64,000 nucleotides of DNA, taken from Balamuthia mandrillaris (lineage: Eukaryota). A program made the translations under genes and the position numbers. This document shows positions 12,450 to 24,600 of the stretch, one piece after another. The notes beneath the pieces are model-generated. The model was given only the letters and a program-made list of their open reading frames with translations. It made no database searches and had not been told where the DNA came from. The first letter of the stretch is position 1, and every line of letters begins with the position of its first letter. The DNA lies in NCBI GenBank assembly GCA_031835245.2, contig JAVKOQ020000087.1:1-64000 (forward strand). The letters are read 5' to 3'.

Positions 12450-13193
12450 ACGAGTAAGGCAGAAGCACGAACCGACTGCAAACTTGAAAAAGATGCCTTC
12501 AGCAAAATACCTGCACCAGTTAAGTTCGTTGTTAGGAGCCAAACAAAAACAGAAAAGAATAGAAAAAGCGACAAGAAAACAAGAAATAACAACAGCCAAA
12601 CAAAGAAGCACAAACTTGGCACCACCGGCAGCGCCGCCGACTTGGTTGGTGATAGGAGCGATAGTTCGCGGTTGATCCGGACCCCAAAATTGTTCTGCGA
12701 TGAGACGAACAGCAATGCGTTCCGCCGTTTGCGTAAACTCTCGATAAAGGGATTGTATGCAACGAGCACGTTCCAGTTCGAACAACGCTCTTTCCTGCTC
12801 TTTTTTCGTTGGCACACGATTATGTGGGTGTAGGCCCCTCTCGTTCTCTTCTAGCTCGTTGGAGGGCTGTGGAGGCGAAAGCTCCATGAGAGACTGGTAT
12901 TCTTCGTTCCAGTTGCGCCCTTGCGAAAGCAATGCCTCTAACGCCGCAGCATCCATAGAGTTCCAGCTCTTTTGTTGTTGCTGTTGCAGCCCATCTTTTT
13001 CGTCCACCTTCCCTTCTTTATGTTCCGTCTGCTCGAAATAATACGAATCGAGTCCACGAGGCAAATTTTTCCTATTGCCTGAAAGGATACCACAACCATA
13101 ATGCTCATCCGCTACCTCTTCTTCGGGTTCATCCTCGTCGCAATCACACCCTTCATCTTGCACATAGGCGCCATCTTCGTCCTCCCCTTGCAT
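7759..13193 (-). CDS. Clu-domain protein with C-terminal TPR-like repeats, multi-exon
   Basis: Clu motifs GGAAGGAK/YFAEGIFFKFA, PLVVLVDFRGRRIIAQSVLP, IYGSNNAG, DVEGHRGRDGRYYLIDMARYFPP, LLRPEFMKNY, LHRNGINMRLLG, EMVARTLK. TPR-like repeats include LHNWALSLY, LFNWANAIY, LRNWAVAL and HFNYGNALF. Confidence 0.85.
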
Positions 13194-13282
13194 TGCGTTT
13201 GCTTCTTTTTTTTTTAATGTAAAAATACTGAAATATGATCGCAATGCCAGGAATGGAGAATTTAAAAGCGACCACAAAGCCT

Positions 13283-15397
13283 TCACACGTTGACCTGTGT
13301 AGCATCTTTGCAGGCAGAAGAGGAAGAGAGGAGCTTGCTGTGTTTCTGAAGGATGGGGTCCACTTCTTCTCGAATGAACTCTTCTACTTGTTGTGGAGCT
13401 CTGCCCACAAATCCAGAGGGTTCCAACATGTCGCTAAGCTTCGATCGTACCTCAGCATCAAACTGAGGGTCGTTGGCTATTCGTTCCAATAAGTCGTTGT
13501 CTTTGCCTTCCTCCTTCACCAAACGGCCTTGTTTGTTTGTTAAACAAGAGAGGGAGAGAGAGAGAGAGAAGAGGAGAGAGAGGAGAGAAGAGGAGAGAAG
13601 GGAGGAGGGAGAGTACCATACCAGCTTCCATGGAATGTTCACGAATAGCTTCATGGAGATGTTGGCGGTCTCCTCCGCGTTTCACACAAGCCATAAGGAT
13701 GTTTTCAGTCGCCATGAATGGCAACTCTGCATCAATGTGTTTTCTAATGACCAGCGGCCACACCTTAATCCCATCAATCACATTTGCTGTGAGTCTTTAC
13801 ATTGGTGCGTAGAACGTTAGAAGTTATTCACAACAGAACGAGAGCGAGAGAGAGAGAGAGAGAGAGAGCTTGTTTTCAGACCTTAAAATAACGTCCATTG
13901 CTAAAAAGGCCTCTGGAAGGGAAAGCCTTCTGTTTGCAGAATCATCCAAAGTCCGTTCAAACCACTGGTTGGCGTGTGTATGTGCCGCATTCGCTGTCAT
14001 ACTAATAACATATCTGAACTTCAAAGATGAGAAACGAAGATCATTAAGAACGAGAACAAAGAGAGAACCTAGATAGGGCGCATATTCTTTCGCATCGCAT
14101 AGGGTTACGTTTATAGGCCATGGCACTGGAACCAACTTGCTTCTTTTCAAACGGTTCATCCAACTCCTTCAAGTTCATGAGGAGGCGAACATCGGTGGCC
14201 AGCTTTTGCGCGCTTTGTGCCATGCCCGAAAGAACCGACAGCACAAAGTAGTCAATCTTGCGGGTATACGTCTGGCCACTAACACTGATGGGCTTGGTGA
14301 AACCCATCAGCTCCGTCACGCGCCTGTCCAACGCTCTGACTTTTTCATGATCTCCATTTAAGAGCTCCAAAAAGCTCGCCTGCGTGCCCGTGGTGCCCTT
14401 GGCCCCTCGGAAGGGCATGTTGTTAATCCAGTAGTCCAATTGTTGGTAGTCTAGCAAGAAGTCTTGCAGCCAAAGCGTTGCTCTCTTGCCAACTCTATTT
14501 TTTTAAGAGTTCAGAGAGAGAGAGAGAGAGCGCATAATAATTTTTTTTAAAAAAAAGTTAGGTGGCAAAACGAGAAGATCAACCAACACAAATATGTAGG
14601 TACGTGGTGAGCTGGGCAGGTTGATAGTGAGTGAAACCCAATGTTGGTAAGTCCTTGTATGCAAGGGCCATGTCCTTCAAAAGGGCCATCAAGTGCAGCG
14701 TTTGTTTCTGCAAGAGCTCCAAACCGTCTCGCATCTGAATGAGGTCAGTGTTGTCTCCCACAAAGCAGCTGGTGGCTCCCAGATGGATGATGGGCTTGGC
14801 CGTTGGGCATTGTTCTCCAAAGGCATGAATGTGGCTCATGACGTCGTGCCTGAGCTCCCGTTCCTTTTTGGTTATTCATTTCATCAACAGTCAAATAAGA
14901 AGGTTGGAGAAGGTTGCTTTTGCTGACCTTATTCTCGGCCACCTCCCAGTTTATGTTGTCGAGATGTGCCTGCATTTCGGCGATTTGTTTGTCAGTGATG
15001 TTGAGTCCAGCTTCCTTTTGTGCCTGCGCTAGTGCTAACCATAAACGGCGCCAAGTGGAGAACTTTTTCTGGGGAGACCAATTGAAGTTCATCTCTTTGC
15101 TGGTGTAGCGGCTGGTGAGTGGATTCTCGTAGGATGTTCTTTCATGTTGCCTCTCTGCAGCGCATAAAGGAAGCAAGTGTTAGACGGAACAGCTTTATTG
15201 TTGTTTTGTTGAGGATGGAGAAAAACAAAGAGATATTTACGTTCTGTTGTGGTGCTGGAGTAGAAAGAAGAGGCAACGAAACGTATTGAAGGCGACAATG
15301 CACTACACGCATAAGGAGAGACTGATTGAAACCGCAAGTGGTTACCAAAGCGGAACGACTTGCTGGGCGTAACAGAAAGTGTTGTTCGGTGGAGCAT
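13283..15397 (-). CDS. ADSL: Adenylosuccinate lyase, multi-exon, with N-terminal extension
   Basis: [63 protein letters not shown], signature [37 protein letters not shown]. Confidence 0.97.
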
Positions 15398-15531
15398 CGC
15401 GTTGAACTGCAACAAAAAAGAAAAGAGAAAAAAAATACCCCATACACTTTCATTAGTGAAAAACAAAGTTTTGTTCTACGTAAACTACTTTGATCACATA
15501 CTCCCATTTTAACATATTGCACAGTCATGTA

Positions 15532-15613
15532 GCACGGATGGCCGAGCGGTCTAAGGCGGTAGCTTCAGGTGCTATTATCTTCGGATGCGTGGGTTCAAAT
15601 CCCACTCCGTGCA
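15532..15613 (+). tRNA. tRNA-Leu(CAG), copy 2 (identical to 7545-7626)
   Basis: Same 82-nt sequence and cloverleaf as copy 1, followed by a T-run. Confidence 0.97.
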
Positions 15614-15817
15614 ATTGACTTTTTTATTTTGTTCGACGCTACCTTACTTACTTTTTGGTCATGATGTGGTGAGGCGAGGTTTTTTCACAGACCAAACAAA
15701 ACAGAGCTCTGTCCAACAAACAGCGTTCACCTTTTGTGGTGGTAAACGAAGCTCGCCTTGCACCCAAAAATATGCAAGTTTAATGTTGGCATCTCACCGC
15801 TTGTCACTCAAAGTGTG

Positions 15818-16614
15818 CTACGATTGTTCTTGGTCGCTTTTCTCTTCGTCTTCGTCGTTCCCATCCTCCACTTCATCATCTACCAAAGCCTCCACTGCAA
15901 GGTCAGTTCGTTGGAATATCCAGTCGCTGTGGCTGGTATCGAAGATGGAATTAGTGGGGCTGTCCTTAAGGCTTTCCATCAAAGCAGCCCCTCCCCCCGT
16001 TGTTGCCTCTTTTTGTGTGGTATCGCTGTTGGCGCTAATTGGCATCGTTCTACTCTTTTTCAACGCCTCCAATCTCTTTTTTTCTGTCTCTTGCATGCGT
16101 TCCTTCCATGCTCCCACCGCATCAGCAAATTCCAGAATGGCTTCGTTGGCCTGTAGTGTTAGAAAAACCGAATTAAGTCTAGTTGAAAACAAGTGCTTTT
16201 TACAAAAATCATTTTAACTTGCAAACCTGACGATAAAATCGGTCATCTACCAAAAAGAGGCTATGAGCTCCATCCAGCAAGTGTACATTACCTTCGGAAA
16301 AAACAAAAAAGTAAACAACCAAAACAAACAAACAAAAAACCAAAGTTTAGAAACGATAAGTATTGGACAATACCATTTTGTGCATGTACCAGCCACTTTT
16401 CTTCAGTTTTCTTGTATTCCAGCTCTCCATGTAAGAATAGCACGTGTCCTGGATAGGATTTCAAATACTTCTCGTAATTTTCTTGTTCTTGCATTTGTTT
16501 GATATCTTCCCATGCGTTGTGATAACAGCCTATAACGCAATATTCTGTTAAAGCAAAGTCCATGCGTTGTACAGGTGGAGAAAGAGGAATAGACAAGCCA
16601 AAGTCGAATAGGAA

Positions 16615-16653
<39 letters not shown>

Positions 16654-18686
16654 GCCGAACGAATAACTCTTCCAACAGTTGTTGGCTTATTTGTAAATTT
16701 CGGTTGTTCCATGGATTGCCTGGGCCTTTAAAGGATCCCAAGGTTTTCATTTTCACGTTTCGGAGAAGGCCAGACACAGCGCCGCCTGGCATTCCAACCT
16801 CTGCTCCTGCTACGATAATAGCTCTAAGGCAAGAGCAAATCAAAGAAAAAAATGAATAAAACTATTGAAGAGAAGGAGAGCGCAGCGAGAGAGAGAGAGA
16901 GAGAGAGAGAGAACATACGTGACGAGGGAAGGATGTGTAGCAGCAAAGGCCATTGCAATATAGCCACCCAAGGAGAATCCCACAAGAGTTATGGACTTGC
17001 TGTGTGAGGCATATTTTGCAAGGATGTCTTCTATAACGCGAATGGCTAATAAAGAAACCTACCGATTAGTAACGCATGGAGAGGAATTAAGGGAGAGGAG
17101 CGAGTGTGTATGTGATAGAGAGAGAGAGAGAGAGAGAATGGTAATGAACAAAGATAAAAATCACCCGAATTCATTGTTAGCTTTTCTTTTGAGCGTGAAC
17201 CATGGCCTGGCAAATCAGGTATCAGTAGCTTGTAACGGCTTTGCAAAGCCTCAATTTGTCTACCAAAACTCTTGCGGGTAGCAAAGGCCGCATGAAGCAG
17301 CACCAATACCTTAACCGTAGAAACATTCGTAAGACAGGTACTGAATAAAATACGCTTTAAAAAGAGATAAGAGAAAACTGTACAGGAGCATCTTCTGGGC
17401 CATAGATGTCATGAAAGGTGGAATAGTCAAGCGTGCTCAGACTGCGATAGCAGGCTTCACATGTCCTCTGCGGAGTAGGATAGCCCAATGCCTTTGGAAG
17501 CAACAGCCACGTATTGCTACACCTATTGAAGGAAAAAACATACAAACACGAATGAGAGAGAGCGAGAGAGAAGAGAGAGACTTAATGTACTCATGACAAA
17601 AGACTTTGCCGCAACCACGGCAGTGATGACGCCGTTTGAAAGTACTGAAGGGAATGGTACATCGCTGACAAGACGCAGCGTATTTGTCTTCCACCCATTT
17701 GGGACGCTCTGCAAAAGAGGTTTTAATTTGTAAGTTTTGGTTGTACGGCGCCAAGAGGATAGCGGCTATGATCATAGCACAACAAACAACCAAAAAGGAA
17801 AAACAAAACAGAAAACAAAAATACCAAGTTGCATCGTGTCAAGGAGGGACTCCGCGTCACCGAGGGAAACTTCCCCGTTGGATACTCGCTTTTGTTTTCT
17901 ATCCGTGGTTATGGTGGAGGCATAGGTATCACGGGTCGATCTCTCTTTGCTCTTGGCAGAAGCCAGTTGTCGCACGAGTTCGTTTTTCTCTTCCAACTCT
18001 TTCCGCAGGTTCTCAATTTCTTTCTCTTTCTCTAGCAGCCTACGTGCCGTTCCTTCTTCTTCTTCTTCCTGCTTAGTTGTTACGCCTCCGCTGTTCTCAG
18101 CATCCACTTTCTCTGCGTTTAGCTTGGCCAACTGTCCTTCTATCTCCTTTCGTCTCAAGAGGGCCTCCGCTTCCATTCGTCTAAACTGTTCTTGCTGCCA
18201 GCCCCACTGTTGTTGTTGCTGCTGCTGCTGTTCGTAATCATCGTCTTCTTCGGACTCATCTTCGTCCTCCTCATCTACAGCGTTGGCCAGGTGTTGGGAC
18301 ATAGGCATGGCAGTGGTAGGAAATGTTGGCCTATGTGAAGACCAATATCCTCCACCTTGTTCGCTCTCTTCTTCACTCTCTTCGGTCCCCCTCCCTCCTT
18401 CTCTTGTTCCTCCCTCTTCTTCACTTTCTTCTTCGCTCTCTTCTTCTTCTTCTTCTTGGTGTTGCTGTTGTTGAAAGTACCCACCATAAAAAGCAGAGGC
18501 CTGGCTCGGCATTGGGGTAAAAGCAGGAGGTGCGGTGGTTGGCCCTTGCGCCACCACAGGCTTTCCAGCTTCCCATCCGCTTGGCAAGAAAGAGTAGAGA
18601 CTTCCTCCGCCGCCGCCTCCTAGAGAGCTTCGGAAGCTGCTGCTTCCTGTTGTCGTGCCATAAGTCACTGATCCTTCTCCGTCCAT
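15818..18686 (-). CDS. Low-complexity/coiled-coil N-terminus + FYVE zinc finger + alpha/beta-hydrolase, multi-exon
   Basis: FYVE: KWVED..CQRC..FSTFKRRHHCRGCGKVFCHECS..QRTCEACY. Hydrolase: VLLHAAFA..LIPDLPGHGSR, nucleophile elbow LVGFSLGG, FLHGELE, LLDGAHS. Joining of the acidic first exon (17830-18686) is inferred from a GT-AG intron. Confidence 0.8.
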
Positions 18687-18735
18687 TTGTTCTGTTTTTT
18701 TAATGTTTTTGCGTCGTGAGCACGCAGACACTGAT

Positions 18736-18843
18736 AGAAGAAGAAGAAGAAGAAGAAGAAGAAGAAGAATAAGAATAAGAAGGACAAGAAGAAGAAGAAG
18801 AAGAAGAAGAACAAGAACAAGAACAAGAAGAAGAACAAGAAGA
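18736..18843. repeat. Compound (GAA)n/(ACAAGA)n microsatellite
   Basis: Directly visible tandem trinucleotide/hexanucleotide repeats. Confidence 0.95.
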
Positions 18844-19187
18844 GGTATGCCTTTTGGACAGAGATCTTCTGTTTGTAGAGAGAGAAAAAAAGACGATCAA
18901 CAAATGAAGAAAAAAAAAACAAACAAAGCAAAACCCACCACACAAGGGGGGCAAAATAGGACAGCAGCGTAACAATCAACCCGAAGAAAGAAACTCTTTT
19001 TCTTCGACTGGCAACAAGCTGAATTTTTAGTTGTTGTTTATTTTCTTCCCGCGGGAGGCCGAGGTTATTTTCTGTCGACGAACAGAAAACCCCACCGCAA
19101 AAGGAAAAAGGAAAGAAGAAAGAGCAGGGGTAATGGAGCAAGCCCTTCCCGCATTACCATCAAGGCTTTGCATAGCCTTCACCGTCA

Positions 19188-20104
19188 TCAAGCCAATAAT
19201 TGGACAGAGCTCTGGGCAGAGGTGAGCCAGCGCAGCACATCCGGCGCGGAAGCAGGACGAGCCCACTCCTCCAGATCTTCCCCAAACTTGAGCTTCCGCA
19301 TCTCCACACAGGTCCTGCACGCAAAGATGTGTCCTCCCTCCGCCAGAAACCCCTCCAGCAACGGCTTCAGCGGCTTGAAGGGATCTCCCACATGAGTGCT
19401 GTCCTGGATGAGCCCCCTTTTAGCGATCTCCACTCCGTCCATCATGAGCACCACGGCGGAGGGTTTGCCCGTCTTCTGGGATACCAACGCCAGGCTGAAG
19501 GCCATGGTCACCTGCTCCAGTCCCTCCATGTTGCGACCGAGCAGAGCCACAAAGTCCTTTTATTGTTGTTGTTGTTGGTGAGAAGAGTGGATAAAGAGAA
19601 ACACAATGGAGACGATACATACAAAGGAGGAAGCAGCAGGGTCTGTCGCCGCCGACAAAAGCAAGTATACACAGAAGAACAGTGAGAATAAAGACCACAG
19701 TTTAGAGTAGATGGCAAAGGGAAACGGAGGAGGCAAAAAGAACCTTTCCAAGCAGCGAGACCTCCATTCAGGGAGACAGCATCAAAGCCCAACTCACTCA
19801 GTTCACGAGCAGCGATGCTGCTCCTATAGCCAACGTTACAATAGCAGACCAGCTTCTTGTTCTTCCAGTCTGCCAACTTGCCGTCGGCCGCATCTCGCAA
19901 AAGGGGACCCAGGCCAATGTTAGCGCCTGTTCCCTCGATGTGGTCCTCTTGGTGTTCGGCGGCTTCTCTGACGTCCACCAAAAAGTATTTGTCAAAGTTC
20001 TTGCGCAATTGGCTAACGTGCAGCACTCCGGCCTCCACGCCGGCTCTGCTGCTACCACCTTGATTGGTCACACTCCTCAGCGGAATAGCGCTACGCATGC
20101 ACAT
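19188..20104 (-). CDS. Rhodanese-domain / DsrE(F)-like domain fusion protein (putative sulfur carrier), spliced
   Basis: Rhodanese: LVDVRE..E...HI.G..NI..VCYCNVGYRSSIAA..L..GF...L.GGL.AWK. DsrE-like: AFSLAL..VVLMMDGVEIAKRG..GDPFKPLKPLLEGFLAEGGHIFACRTCVEMR. Confidence 0.85.
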
Positions 20105-20262
20105 GGCTGTTGTTGTTTTGTCCTCTTCTTTGCTCCTACTTTTCGTTCGGCTGGCGCAGGGAATATGAAATGAACTTTCCTCGTTCATTGAAATTTCGTT
20201 TATATCTACCTCCTTTGATTTTTTATTGGCTGGTAACGCACCGCCACACCTTAAAAGAAAAG

Positions 20263-21428
20263 ATGAACGCGGAAGAAGTGGAGCGACAACTCTCGGAGGT
20301 GGAACGGCAGCACGACATCAAGGTGATATTCGCTGCAGAGAGCGGCAGCAAAAGTTGGGGACTGGCGTCTCCTGACAGCGACAATGATGTGCGCTTTATC
20401 TACATCCACACGCCTCGTTGGTACCTCTCCATCCAAAAGGGCAGAAAAGAAACGCTGGAAATCAAGAACAAGGACACCGGCATCGATCTGTTGGGTTGGG
20501 ATCTACCCAAAGCTTTGTTCTTGTTGCGTGAAAGTAATCCTGGCATGTTGGATTGGTATTTGCTGCCAACCTATCCCTCTTCTTGACGCTTTACCTTTGC
20601 GGTGGTGCTTTATGTTTTTGTTTCTTTTACTATTCATTTTGTTAGAGTTGGAAAAAGTGTCTTCTCACAGCCTTTTTCTTTCTTTGTGGTGATAAAAGGC
20701 TTCGTTCACCAGTTGTTTACCGACGTGAGCAGCCGTTCACAGATACAGCCGTGTCGTTGGCCCAAAAGCACTTTGCGGAGCTGTCACTAGCATTCCATTA
20801 TTTGAACATGGCGCGCAAGCATCGAAGGCTCTACTTTGAGCATGATGAGTCACAGAAAGAGGTTGTCACTTTGAAGAAATACTTTTATGTGCTACGCCCG
20901 CTTCTTGGAGTCAAGGTTTTTTTTTATTTTCTTTTGAAACCTTCGTTTCACCGCAACACAAGTTGATTTTAACAGCGCTTTTGTTAAGTGGATAATGCTG
21001 AACAGGAAACAAGAGCTTCCTAAAGCCATGCCGCCCATTGCATTCGATGAAGTTTTAGCCAACCTCGAAGCATCCATCCCACAAGGTTGTTGGTTTTGTT
21101 TTTGTTCTTATTTTTCTTGTTTTTGTTGGTTTTTGTTGTCTTCAGTTTGTTACACAAATGTTTACATCAGCAATCAACAGAAGTTTATCAACAAATTATT
21201 GTTCTCGCCGAGAAGAAGCGAGCTTCAGCGATAGGAGAGGGACCAAGAATACCCATTCTTGACACATGGATAGACGAAACGTTCCAAGAGGCCATCCAGT
21301 TTTGCGACAATGCGCCCACCAAAAGCAAACACGATCTACCAGCATACGATGAATTCGACGAGCTCTTCTACACCACCGCTACAAAGCACCTTATCTCCAG
21401 ATCCAATGCCGACGACGTCACGAACTGA
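20263..21428 (+). CDS. Predicted Pol-beta-superfamily nucleotidyltransferase, YcgL/RlaP-like family (bacterial-type), spliced
   Basis: VIFAAESGSKSWGLASPDSDNDVRFIYIH..YLSI..GWDLPKALFLLRESNP..W/LRSPVVY..HYLNMARK..LKKYFYVLRPLL. The GS..G....DSDxD catalytic signature is present. Confidence 0.88.
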
Positions 21429-21692
21429 TTTTGCAGATGAACCCATAATGTAAAATAGCCGGCAGCTTCAGGCCCACATATAGGCCGCCGCGCGGGGTTC
21501 TCGTGCGGACTCACGCGTTAATGAGCGCGATGCCTGCTGATTAAAACGACTTAGGTCAATCCCAAAAACGTGAAGGGGGTGTCGCCCCCTGCAAGTGATC
21601 CGTTGCGTAGTGGTATTTATGAGGGCAAAGCGACTCGTCCGTTTCCTGCTTTTTTCCATGACGACCCGAGGTTTTCCACTACAAAAAAACCC

Positions 21693-24600
21693 ATGGAAGA
21701 CACGAAAGCAAAGGAAGATGGAAGGAGCCTCCTCCAAGGACAAAGGTTGAAACGGCTGCATCAACTGATAGCTATCTATCCTGCTCATCGCAAGTCTGGT
21801 ACTTTATTTGTTTTTTTATTCAAATCTTTTATGCCTAAACCGCAACACCGTTGTGCTTGCTTACCTTGTAAAAAATACTCGGTGCAGCCGAAGATGCTAA
21901 GAATGCCACTCTTGCTGCCATTCGAGAAAACATCCATGAACTCGCCTCCGTCTCTCTTGATATTATGCAACTCCAAAAGCACATGTATGTCTGTTTTGTC
22001 TCCTCCGCTGTCTCCTTTGTTGCTCATTGTAACCAAACAGGGACAACCGATTAGCCAACAATGAAGAAGCTTTAATACAGACGCCACTACTTTGCCTCCA
22101 CAACAACAATAACAACAACGAACAACCCCAAAAACTCTCCGCTCTAACAAAGAAACGTGTCAGTAACTTTGTCAGCGTTCTTCGTCAGGAGCCACAAATG
22201 CTGGCTCAGGCCCTTATCTGCGCCAAGGAGAGAGAGAACGAGAAGAGAAAGGTGCAGGCCTCTGTCGCTGGCAATACTGTAGGCCTGTTCTTCCAAGAGC
22301 TAAGCTCTGCCATTGTTTGCTCGCTCTATCGCAACTTGTTTAGCCCGTACGACAACGAAGCCATCTTGTTGCTGTTAAGCGTGAGTTTTTGTTTTGTTTT
22401 TGTTTTTTGTTTTGTTCGTTCTTGTTTGTTCACCTGTACGCTTTACGGGGTAGGAATTGTGCTTGCATTGGTTGAAGGTAGGACAACAAGCCGATGTGTT
22501 CTTTGATCCGCTTCTGGACACCTATCTCAGGTACAGCTCGGCTTTTCATTATTTCTCATTCTCATTCTCGTCCTTTTTCTTGTTCTCCTTCCTGTTCGTC
22601 TTGTTTGTCTTGTTCTTGTTCTTGTTCTCCTTGTTCTTGTTCTTGTTCTTGTTCTTCTTCTTGTTCTTCTTGTTCTTCTTCTTCTTGTCCTTCGTCTTCT
22701 TCTTATTCGTCTGCCTTCTACTTTTTGCCCATGCCCTCAAAAACAACAACTCCAACAAGAATTGCAGGAGGAGATTTTTATCTGCGTTATCTTTTAAAGG
22801 ACTACCACATGCTTCTGCTGAGCGAGAAAGTTGTTCTAGAAGAAGACTCTCTGGCGGTGTGCTATCCTACCCCTCTTCCATGTTCAATCCCTTTTCTCAT
22901 TTTTTATTTTGGGCGAAAAACAGCAAGAAGAATTTTATGGTGTCTCCAGGCCAGTTGATTCTGAGAAAGGTTTGCTTGTGTGTGTTGCAATCCATATGTG
23001 CACGTTCACAATGCTCAGAGTTTACGCTACATGCTATCAGTGAAAGAGGATTTAGCTTTATGGACACAACGCCTTTTTGACAGACTTCAAGAGACCATGT
23101 TAAGCGTACCATATGGTATCCGTTGGTTAGCCTCTGTTTGTAACAGGTTTGTCTTTACAACTAAACAAAACGAATAACACAACAAGAAGCAAAATACCTC
23201 AAGGAACACCTTTGACCTTCTGTTCTCACTTTCATGCGTTAAAAAAAAGCCATATGGTGGCTTGTAACGCGTCAAGTAAAGAAAGGAGACAAATTTTGTT
23301 TGGGCTTATCTTTCAAAAGTGGCTCTTTACCGGTCTTCTGAGACCCGAGAGAGTGGGCGTTACCTTACAGATGGAAGTGGCTTACATGGACAAAGGTGTA
23401 CGAAAAAACCTGTCCAAGGTACTTTCTTCTTCCAGGTATATTTCCCACTTTTGCTAATTTGTTTTTATTTTAAAAATTTAATTGATAGATAGCTACAAAT
23501 CTGTGTTATTTTCTTATGGGTCAAGTTGCGACATGTGCCCAACGCTCTCAAACAGACGTCGACATGTATTTTGAACGCCTTTTAGACGTTTGTAGGCCAA
23601 AACAACATTTTCCAGTACGACTGTTCTAGTTTATTTCTGTTTGTTCTAATACTCATTATTTTTTTTTCGTCCTTTAGGAGCTTTCCAGCTCAATAAGCAA
23701 CCATCAAGTCCAAGAGTTTCAAGTGGAAGCTTTTACTGGTAGTCATTTAAGCTTGTTGCTCGATGTCATGAGGAATGCGTTTCCTTTGTCAGAAGAGGAA
23801 CACCAACAGGAAGCAGCAATGGAAGAAGCCAGAGAAAAAGATCCATTCCTTGCTTCAGAGCTGGGACCATACTTTGAAGCCACTACGGAAGAGCAGAGAC
23901 AAAGTCAAGTGAAGCGTCTGCTCTTTCGCGTGGCTAACGAGAGTGAACTAGCCAAGTTTTTGTCCTCCGACAGAATTCTTCGTATTGCTTTTTCTAGTCG
24001 TCATCTGGGATCAAGCCAAGGTATATTCCCTCTTCTCTCCTGTTGTTTATATCACGTGGGCTCATAGTCTCTTTTTCTACTCTTGTTTTCATTTTATTAG
24101 GCCACCAAAATGTAAGTGAAAAAGTTAAAGAAGCAAAGAGGATGTTGCGTAATCTCCTGCCATCCATAAACTTTTTGCACGGAAGCTCTGGAGCTTCTAT
24201 CCCTGATCTTCTTGCTCAACAGTATCATGTTAACCTCTCTCTCTCTCATGCCTAACATTTACAATAATGACCTCTTTGCATTTCTGCAGTCAAATTGGCA
24301 AGCTGAACATAGTTTGTTAAATCTACAATTGGATCATACTATCAAAGCGTTACAAGCGCTCCCAACTGAATACGCCACTGACAATTACGAGCTCTTTCTT
24401 GATCTCATGTTCCAGGTATGCGTTTAAATACTCTCCCTCCTCGTTCACTTTCTTTGTTGTTCGTCTTTAAAACAATTATGTGTTAAGGCTTGTCTTTAAT
24501 AAAAATATAAGGATTACGAGAACGACATGAAGGATCTGTCACAAATGTTGGAACCTGTCCAACTCTTCTACAAGCTTTTGGATAAGCAGCTTCCCCAACT

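Noticed and set aside
18665..19141. Long poly-Phe/Arg/Ser ORFs here and at 22457-23080 and 56369-56782
   Set aside because: These are translations of microsatellites, not proteins.
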